A DNA stretch of 64,000 nt from Octopus vulgaris (taxonomy: Eukaryota). Under the pieces are notes generated by a model that was not told where the DNA came from, ran no database searches, and worked only from the letters and a program-made list of their open reading frames with translations. The stretch is from NCBI GenBank assembly GCA_951406725.2, contig OX597819.1, forward strand, positions 75,020,001 through 75,084,000, written 5' to 3'. The position numbers and the translations under genes are program-made. Within the stretch, counting starts at the first letter, position 1; each line of letters opens with the position of its first letter. Of this stretch, positions 53,923 through 64,000 are shown one piece after another.

Positions 53923-54317
53923 CTAGCAGTATCGCCCGGCGTTGCTCGGGTTGTAAGGGAAATAACTATATAAGCATTTTTAGAGAGTTATAGCCAAAAA
54001 ATAGCAAAAAAATGCATTAAAAATTGAAAAAAAATTAAGGTAAATTTTTTTTTAAATCGTTGACACATCGTAGATATTTTTAGAGAGTTACTTCCCTTAT
54101 ATAAAAGCGAAAAAAATGCATTAAAATGGAAAAATATGATGGTAAATTTTTTTTAAATCGTAGACTCATCGTAGACGCACGCTAATACCCAGAAGGGATC
54201 GATATGAATCACGACTATAAGATACCCGCTTTTGGTTAAACTGCACCGCAAAATGTGGGAGTAGTTAGGAATCTAAATCGTAGGAGACAGACACACAACT
54301 TCACTCTTATATAAAGA
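53923..54317 (-). mobile_element. Non-autonomous Helitron
   Basis: Minus strand A|TCTTTATAT...CCCGAGCAACGCCGGG hairpin...CTAG|T: canonical TC/CTAG ends, AT target, no TSD. Confidence 0.9.
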
Positions 54318-56453
54318 TGCTTTTTTTTTCAGTCATAGAGTTAGATTTATGAAGGTCTTCAGTAGAAAATCCTTCGAATTCTGACTCGCTGCTTGATATA
54401 ATGAAATTCGTATCCATTTTTTGTCAGAATTACAAATTTTGAAAACACAATAGGAACAAATTTCGGAAAAAAATCTCCCATAATTCACGGAATTAAAATT
54501 ACACTTCGATTTTTGTACAAAACTGTATTTGAAGTGTTTACGAAGTATAATACGTGTTTTCACGAATGTACTAAAGAGATTTGCTCTGATATTCTCATTT
54601 AAATATGAATAGGTAAATTCGGGCGGCTTGGTAACGAAAGGGTTAAACGGATGCATACATTTATTAATCTCTTATTATAATAACTATATATAAGTGTCGT
54701 CTGTTTATACATAAACACTGTTTCATACTGCAATTATATATACATATATCTATATATAATATTATATAATAAAATATATACAGAGTAAAATAAAAACCAA
54801 TTTACCTTTTCTGTCCGTCCGTGTGTCTTTGCAAATGTGTTGGAATGATAAGTGAGTTGTGTTTTGGCGCCTTTTTTACTAATAACAAACACACGTGTTT
54901 GTATGTAGTTGTATGTGTATGTAGTTGTATGTAGTTGTATGTAGTTGTATATGTATGTGTATGCGTGTGTGTGAGGAATGACACACACACACTCACGCAC
55001 GCACACATGTACATCAATGCTTTCGGAGTGATATGTTAAAATATTGAGTTTTCTCGAATTTTGTCTTAATTGGTGGTAAAATTGAAAGAAATTTTTTATG
55101 GCATCACCCACTGAAGTACTCTGAAAAATCATGGGTACACTCTAATTGAAGAAATTGTGTGAGGAGTAAATCGTTATGTATTTATTTGTTTCTGTTTGCT
55201 GTGTTTCTTTATTTTTTGAGTAGTGGTTTAAATACTTTCAGTTTAGTCTTCCTCAAATCACTCTGTCGCTATTTACTTTCATTTTATTCGTTGCACACTG
55301 TGTGTGTGCGTTTGCGTGTGCTGTAAACCACACTAAGAAAAGCATTTGACATACACACCAGAATGTGAGTTTTCTGTAAATTTTGCTTAATTGGAGTTTA
55401 AATTTTAAAAACTGGACCTGGCATGACCCGATGCATTCTACTCTTAAAAATGCTAGGTAAATTGTAATTGAAGAAATCCTATATTGTAGATTTCTATAAC
55501 TCCCAAAGGGAGGCAGATAAAATCTGCCTTTTATAATAAGAGATATTCTCATCGGTTAGCAATCTAAAACAACTAATACTACAATAAAAATAACATTTCA
55601 CAAACTTGTTTGCTTTCCATCCATCGAAAGCCTTGCAAAATACATCGCATTGACACGATATCTTGAGCCATATAACCGAAGGTAAGTAACTTAAGGATGC
55701 ATTTGAATGCTAGATACAGACAGAGTACTGTCTTACATATATAATACAATGTAGTTTAGTGTGTTGAAAAACTCCGATTAACTAAGATAATCTAGTGTAG
55801 GATTTAGTAGAATTTAAAAGCAATAAACAAGCGAGATAACTCCAGTAAAGTCAGATGACCTAAAGTTTTGTAAAATTAGGACGATGCAGAAGGGTCTTTA
55901 AAACCAATTTGTGAAAGTAACGAGTATGTTTCAGTTTTATTAGATTTCTTCAGGGAAGTTTATTCCTGTCGAGTTGTCAAGAATTAGAAATATACAAAAA
56001 CAGGGAGAAAATAGTGACATTAATTATGAATATTGTCTATATGGCTAACAGAAAATACCTCAGGTGAAAGATCTGCATATACGATAGGATATCACATCGG
56101 TAATAAAGTTCCAAATTTTGGCACAAGTTAATTATGAATTAACTCAGAAATCAGACCGATTCGGTAATAACGGAATTTTTTTTAGAAATTTCTGTCAGCT
56201 TGCTTCGAGACGCCTGCTTATAGTGATGAATTATATGTGGTTTTTGACGATTTAAAGTTTATTTTCAGCATATTTGGTATGGGATTTTTTTTTTGGCCCT
56301 TATTTATAAAGCTGTTTATAATTTTTACCTTAAAAGGTATTTTTAATATGCTTGCTACTGATAAAAAGTTTTTGAAAATGTTATCCAATATTATATATAT
56401 ATATATGTATATATATATATAGTGTGTGTGTGTGTGTGTGTGTGTATTTCTTT

Positions 56454-56495
<42 letters not shown>

Positions 56496-56714
56496 ACAAA
56501 GGATAACATCTCCCACCAGCCACGGTGGGAGAAAGTTATCCTTAAAGTTAGCCTCAGACAGAAGGCCTAGCCCGAATTCTTACAACAGAGAAGGCTCTCT
56601 TAAATGTCCCGATAATGCAAGAGATGGTGTTACACTGAAAGTAAAATATTTTGGTCCATTTAATTGATTACTCCCTCCCTATAAATATGCAGCCCTGCGC
56701 CGATTCTCGAAATT

Positions 56715-57180
56715 AATATTGGATTCAAATTCTGGCGCAAGGCCAGCAATTTCGAGGGAGGAGATAAGTCCATTACATAGACCCCAGTACCTAACTGATA
56801 CTTATTTTATCGACATCAAGAGAATGAAAGGCAAAGTCAACTTCGGCGAAATTTGAACTCAGACCGCAAAAACGGACAATATGCCGCTAAGCATTTTGCC
56901 AGGTCTCCTAACGATTCTACCAGATCGTCGCCTTCTTAGAAATCAATATTAACTTCTTCCTCGAGCGGCGAACTGGTGGAATCGTTAGCACGCCGAGAAA
57001 ATTGCTAAGCAGCATCTCATCGGTCTTTTCGTTCTGAGTTCAAATTCCACCGAGGTTGATTTTGCCTTTTAGCGTTCCGGGGTCGATTATATAAATGCCA
57101 GCTGGAAACTGGGTCGATGTTATCGACTTAACCCCTCCCCCGAAATTGCTGACCTTGTACCAAAATTTGAAATTAATATT
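56715..57180. mobile_element. Two SINE family D copies head-to-head (56715-56934 minus, 56964-57180 plus)
   Basis: Both align to 27218-27390 in opposite orientations, ~30 nt apart. Confidence 0.85.
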
Positions 57181-58604
57181 TGTTCTGAGTTCAACTTTGC
57201 AATTCGCCAGGGTTGGTCTATACACAAACGCAGTCGTACAGGAGAGAAACCATATCTCCTGTATCTGTGATTAAATCATTCTCTGAAGGACGTCGCTCAA
57301 CTACACACACTCAAACAAGAGAAAAAGCAAGCCACTACGATATCTGTGGTAAATAATTCAATAAAAATCGCTTAAGTACACATGAGTATATTTATATGAC
57401 AGAGTAATCGCTTCAAAGCTGAAAGTTATTCTATGATAAAAAAAATACCTAATAAAACCATAAATGAATTTACACATAAAATAAGTCATGAAAAGTGTAA
57501 AAATATTTCCCGACACAATCTTTCATAAAATCACAACTTGTGTCTCTATATCTATATTCTATTTTAAAAATATAAATCAGCCGCAGTGTTTAATCGGTAC
57601 TTTGTTATCGACCCTTGAAGACTGAAAGGTCAAAATAACTTCAGTTAGTTTTAAATTCGGAACGTGAAGAGCCTAAATAACTGCAAAAATATTTTGTCTA
57701 GCGCTTTAAAGATTCTACAATGAAAAGTATTAATAATGTCCCGAGGTTTGTGTTCTTCCCTATAAACCTGTGGTCTTGTTCCGAACTTAGAAATCAGCCT
57801 TTAGATATGTTAGTGGCCGAATAAGAAGATAGATAAAATCTCTTGCAAGTAATTATGCTTCGAATCTATATGGTATTAGATTTGTTCTCATTGCGTAACA
57901 CCTTGGGTACGTGTCTTCTAGCATAGCCCTAGCTAGACGACAGCCTACTGAGTGAAATTTTGGCAGACGCAAACTGTAAAATCTAACAGTGGGAATGACA
58001 GTTCTTGTTCTTGTGCAGAAAACTTCATTCGTTGGCTTATTTAACTGAACTTCTATCTGGTCCTTGGTTACCTTTTAAGAGAGTGTCCACTCTGCTGTAA
58101 ACATTCGAGCCAGTTTTCTAACCTGTGAATAACTTCCTCAATTCCTTCCATCATTCCTAGATAGAATGAAACGATTGGGAGCGTCTTTTAGCATGCTGGT
58201 TATTTGCCACGGCTGACTGGACATTGAACCTGTTTTGGTGGCAGTACATTTCGGCTCTGAAGGCAAGCATGTGTGCGCACGCAGAAATATATATGCAGAT
58301 ATAGAGAGCATTAGAGAGGGGAGAAAGAGACATTATAATGTATAAGCGGCACACGATTGGCATGAACACGTATCTTCTCTTTATACACAAATAGAAATAT
58401 GCTCATACACATAAACCGAGTGAGGGAAGAGAGAACAAGAGAAACCTTAAACCTTTAACGTAAAATAAATCAGCATCGAATCAGCGATGCCAAATAGGCG
58501 ATGCAAAAATAAGCGATGCGAATCGGCTGTACCAAAATGTCTTCTACCCATTCCCGAAGTCTCTAGCAATGGTCATAAACTCTGCTGTTTTTTCTCTAAC
58601 TTAG

Positions 58605-60166
58605 CTATCTTTTATCTTTCACTTGTGTCGGTCATTAGACTGCGATCATGCTGGGTCATCACTTTGAAGGGTTTAGTCGAGCAAATCGCCGCAATACTTT
58701 TTTCCTCTGGTACTTAATTCTATCGGTTCTTTTGCCGAAGCGCTAAGTTACGAGGACGTAAGCAAACCAGCACAGGTTGACAAGCTGTGGCCATATGGAC
58801 CCCTGAACCGGAGTCTATATGGCCCTTAGGGGTTCATAAAAGATTTTGTTGTTAAAATTTATCTGCAATAAATTGGTTGTCCTTCTACTAAACACAAAAT
58901 ATTTTTATTCAATTCCTAACAATAATTAACTATAAGAATATAATGGGATTTCTTTTTAAACGTCGAAATGTTTTGATAGTCCTTGTTTTTAGTCCTGCTG
59001 GTTGTCCAGACACCTTCCCCACAAGAACTGCAATAAGAACGTAAGGACGGACGAAATGCGGCTAAGCCCGGGGTGCTAACAATTCTGCCAGCTCACCGCC
59101 TTAAATAACGATAATAATGGTTTCAAACTTTGCTACAAGGGCAGCAAATTGGGGGGAGGATGTTGGGTCGATTGCATCGACCCCTTCAACACTGGGGTCG
59201 ATTACATAAGCTCGCCGCCTTATGTAATAATGATAATAATAATCCTTTCTACTGAAGGCACAAGGTACTAGTCAATTACATCTACCCCAGTATTACACTG
59301 GTACTTAATTTATCAACCCCGAAAGGATGAAAAGCAAAGTCGACCTCGGCGAAATTTGAACTCAAGTTTAAGTTTCTGCGAGATAAGGCGGGTTAAAATT
59401 TAGTTTATAAAAAATATTTTTCATTTCCAAAATAATTAATTAGGATTTTGTTTTATATCTTTTTTTTTTAATATATAATTTTACTCATTTGTCACTGGAC
59501 TACGGCCATGATGGGGTACTGCCTGGAATGATTTTAAACGAACAGATCGATTTGAGTACTTATTTTCTTTATGTCTGGCACTTATTCTATCGGTTTCTTT
59601 TTGACTAACCACTAAGTTACAGGACGTAAACAAACCAACGCTGTTTGTCAAGCGGTGGTGTGAGGGGTGCAAACACAAACACAAAATACACATATGTGCA
59701 CACTTGATAGGTTTCCACAGTTCCCATCTACTAAATTAACTAAAATAGTATTATCGACCCGCGATTATAGTAAAAGACACTTTCTTAAAATATAGCACAG
59801 TGGGACTGAACCTGAAGCCATATATCAGCTAGGTAAGCTTTCTAACCATACAGCCTATAGAGGCAAATTCCTCCAAATGGGAGGCGAAACCGGGACCTTG
59901 CATGGCAAACTTCATAACCAAACAATATTTGTTTCATTAAATGTAATATTAGTTACAAATTTTGGCACACAAGGCCAAAAATTCCAGTGCAGGGTAAGTC
60001 GATTGCATTGACCTCAGTGCTCAACTGGTACTTATTTCATCGACTCCAAAAGGATGAAAAGTATTGTCGACCTCGGTGGAATTTGAACTCGAAACGTGAA
60101 GATGGACGAAATGCCGCTAAGCATTTTTTGCCTGGCATGCTAGCAATTCTGTTCGCTCGCCGCCTT
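58605..60166 (-). mobile_element. Cluster of diverged SINE A (58605-58790, 59480-59855) and SINE D (59035-59365, 59955-60166) pieces
   Basis: Diagnostic motifs CTAAGTTAC..GGACGTAA (A) and GTCGACCTCGG.G.AATTTGAACTC (D). Confidence 0.75.
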
Positions 60167-60481
60167 CATTGAATGTAAGATTAAGGTTACTGTGGTAAGG
60201 GTTGTCTGAAAATATAGTTATGGTTTCTGAGATTTTCGGAAAACCGTACTATGGGTTTTCCGCCAAAAAATAAGTTTCGAGACCGCTGCTTTATGGAGCC
60301 TAAAAATTAAAAAGTAAAAAGGAAAAAAAAAAAAGAAAAAATAGATACCCGTCAGGTTCGACAAAGAGGGTTCCGTTGTTCGATACTCTGAACTAACTAC
60401 TCGTTGAGTTAACAGGTAAATGGCTGAATATTCCTCAGAAATGTGGGCAACGTTCTCATAAAGCAGTCACGGGCGATCTGA

Positions 60482-60626
60482 ATTCGCCATCTCTCCCACT
60501 CACGTTCTGCTTCGCTCTCTCTTTCTCTCACGCTCTATTTTGTTATCTCTCTCTCTTTTTCTCTCTCTCTCTCTCTATTACGCTATCTCTCCCCTTCTCT
60601 CTTTCATCTTCTGAATTCTCTAGCTG

Positions 60627-60661
<35 letters not shown>

Positions 60662-61025
60662 TATCTCGGCCTTCCAACCCTAATGGATGATGAAATGGGC
60701 TTCTGGGAGATGAAGGAAAAAGTATTTACGAAAAAGTATTTACGAAAAAGTATTTACGAAAAAGTATTTTCAATGTGTTTTAATAGTGCAGCTCATCCGA
60801 TGACAAGCCATATCTCATGCGGCCCGCTTCTCGAAAAAGATTGCTTTTGCTTGCCATAAAGTTTTCCTCGGTCCAAATTCACTCACAAACCTTCGGTCGA
60901 CCTGAGACTTCAAACAAATCACACTTGCGTCAGCTGCTTTGCAGTGGAACTGAACCGGGATTGCATGATTGCGACGTAAACTACTTAACTACTGAGCCAC
61001 ATACATGCAAACACACTCATATAGC

Positions 61026-61088
<63 letters not shown>

Positions 61089-61553
61089 TCATTCTTTGAC
61101 CCCACATCGTTTCTCGTCTCTTCATTCTCTTATTTTATCTTCTCATTCGCAGCCATGCTGTCTTTCTTCCCCTTCACTCTTCATTCTTTTTCGCTTGATG
61201 CTTCTCCTTATTCACCATCCCCCCCACTTTCCTTCTTTCACCATCTCTTTCTTTCTGTTTTCTTTTCTTCTTTGATTCTTTTATTTATTTATTTTTTAAC
61301 GTTTCCCTTTTTATTCCACCATCCGTCTTTATCGTTAGTGTTCGTCGTCGTCGTCGTCATCATCATCATCATCATTTTCACCTTCTTCTTCACTCTTCTC
61401 CTCATTAACAACATTGTAATCCTCCTCCTCCTCCTCCTCATCATCATCATCATCATTTTCTTCTTCATCATCAATAACAATAAAATCATCATTATCAATC
61501 TTATCTTTTTATCATCGTCATCATCATCATCAACATCACCGCTATCCCCATCG

Positions 61554-61586
<33 letters not shown>

Positions 61587-62059
61587 TCCTCCTCATTATC
61601 ATCATCATCATCATCATCAATATCATCCTTGTCTTTTTCATCATCATTATCATCTTTTGCTTCATCACCGTCGTCATCGCCATCGTCATCATCATCCTTG
61701 ATCATCATCTTTTCCCATACTGATTAATCACACAATCAATAAAACGTCTCTTACTATTTCGTCTCCCTATTTCCCATCTCACTTCTATCTACATTTTTTT
61801 TTCTCCTTTATCTTACTTTACTTCTTCCCGCTCTTTTTCTCTCTCACTCTCTCCTCCTCCCCTTCCTCGTCCTCCTACTCCTCCTTCTCATGCTCTCTTT
61901 CATCAGCACACTCTATCACTCACTATTTTCATTTTCAGCTCATAGTCGCTCTTTCCCTTTGCCTCTTATTTCGTTGCCAGCACACTTCTTACTCTCCTGT
62001 CTCTTCCTTCATCTCCCAGAAGCCCATTTCATCATCCATTAGGGTTGGAAGGCCGAGAT

Positions 62060-62127
<68 letters not shown>

Positions 62128-62239
62128 CAGCTAGAGAATTCAGAAGAGAGAGAGAGAGAGAAAAAGAGAGAGAGATAACAAAATAGAGCGTGAGAGAAAG
62201 AGAGAGCGAAGCAGAACGTGAGTGGGAGAGATGGCGAAT
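60482..62239. repeat. Inverted duplication (~237 bp arms at 60482-60718 and 62004-62239)
   Basis: Non-microsatellite parts appear identical by eye (e.g. TATATCTCGGCCTTCCAACCCTAATGGATGATGAAATGGGCTTCTGGGAGATGAAGGAA). Confidence 0.92.
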
Positions 62240-62467
62240 AAGTGAAGGAGAGAGAGAGAGAGATGGAGGGGGAGGGAGGGAGGGAGAGAAACAGACAGAA
62301 GGAAGAAGGAGAGATCATGATGGCGAATGCTAGTTGCTAACTGCTAGTTGCAGGCGTGCCGATTAATATTTCTACCGAAGCGACATCTGTCCCTTAACGT
62401 AAAATACCACTCACATGCATCAACACAGGTCGATGCACTCACCTATTTTTATACTATATATATATAT

Positions 62468-62505
<38 letters not shown>

Positions 62506-62815
62506 TAAACATACATGCATGATGCATGTCTATTGCACATTAATCATCTTTTGTTTATACTTATTACAATCTCTGCAGTAGATGCACTTCTGTCGTTCGG
62601 ATCGATATTGTTATTACACACACATTCTCCACACACACACGTACTCGCGCATATACACGTGTATACACACTAGCAAGAAATACATAGAACGTACGCGCGT
62701 GCCCGCGAACGTGCGTACGCACATGCATAGTAAACGCATAACTATTATTATTTCACACTCTCTTTATCTCTCATATTTTCTACATATACATACATACACG
62801 GAGAAACGCACACAT

Positions 62816-62861
<46 letters not shown>

Positions 62862-63379
62862 TCACACACACACACACACACACACATTCACACAGATACA
62901 CACACACACACACACACACATATGCTCATATACGCAGTTATTAAGTAAACCTATACTTGCAAGCACAAACACGCAGAGGAGTTCACTCATTAACGTATTT
63001 ACATACAGACACACACGTACGCACGTGCATACACGCACACGTATACACACGTGCACACGTACATACACGCACACGTACACACACACAAGCGCGCGCTTCA
63101 ACTATTCTATACGACGCACACACGTTTTCCTTGAATAAGTTGCACTTCTCGCGCACACACGTACACACACTCACACACTTATACATACACACTTATACAC
63201 ATACATACATACATACATACATACATACATACACGTGCGTGCGCACGAACGCACGTATACACACGCACACGCACACGCACGCACACACTTCCCAATTAAC
63301 ATGCAGGCTGAAACGAATTTTCATGAGCACACTCCCGAAAACACTGACTCATACATGCTTCCTAATAAGCAACAACAAC

Positions 63380-63384
63380 GACAC

Positions 63385-63420
<36 letters not shown>

Positions 63421-63594
63421 CACCACCACCACCACCATCACCACCACCACCACTGCCGTCGCTGTCTCTCCGTCATTATTACAAACACAAGAGCCGCCTC
63501 CACAGGACCTAATACTATTTTCATCATCACCACTTCTATTCTACGGCATCCTATATGGCTTGTGCTGTCTCTCGGCTATCACCACCGGCATCAA

Positions 63595-63635
<41 letters not shown>

Positions 63636-63672
63636 TACTACTACTGCTGCTGCTGTTGCTGCTGCTGCTACT

Positions 63673-63720
<48 letters not shown>

Positions 63721-63811
63721 GCTACTATTACAACTACTACAACTGCTACTACTACTGCTACTACTACTACTACATCTACTACTGCTGCTGATACTACTAC
63801 AACTACTACAA

Positions 63812-63844
<33 letters not shown>

Positions 63845-63845
63845 T

Positions 63846-63915
<70 letters not shown>

Positions 63916-63916
63916 G
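63380..63916. repeat. (CTA)n/(CCA)n/(CTG)n trinucleotide fields
   Basis: Directly visible; source of the poly-L/S/Y ORFs. Confidence 0.92.
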
Positions 63917-64000
63917 TTCAGCTGTCTATCCAAATCTTGACAATACTTGATACCCCTGCCATTCCAACCACCGTTACCATCATCTCCACAATCGTTGTCA

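Noticed and set aside
55600-55690. Strong donor AAG|GTAAGT in repeat-poor DNA
   Set aside because: No acceptor or recognisable coding sequence could be tied to it.
57990-58260. Possible second Penelope coding fragment on the minus strand
   Set aside because: Only vague resemblance, with no diagnostic motif.

Overview
This is AT-rich, microsatellite-saturated eukaryotic DNA with no supportable host protein-coding gene, so it is intergenic or one large intron. The repeat families look like those of an octopus or other coleoid cephalopod (my recognition, not a search result). Nearly all listed ORFs are translations of simple repeats. The real content is transposon debris: four tRNA-derived SINE head types, two mariners (one full-length with TIRs), Tc1, Tigger/pogo, a probable Chapaev3 transposase, hAT-type MITEs, two Helitron pieces, a Gypsy remnant, a Dong/R4-type RT fragment and a Penelope-like RT/GIY-YIG remnant. 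The most notable signal is RNA structure. About six unrelated families of type I hammerhead-ribozyme motifs occur, and four of them sit as divergent inverted duplets, as expected for Penelope-type 5' inversions. One (39118-39660) is fused behind a tRNA-Arg-like Pol III head, making it a candidate Pol III-driven, ribozyme-carrying SINE mobilised by Penelope machinery. The window also shows 2x2 head/tail shuffling among SINEs, (AAT)n- and (CATA)n-anchored elements, and a recent inverted duplication of non-TE sequence. All coordinates and folds were read by eye.
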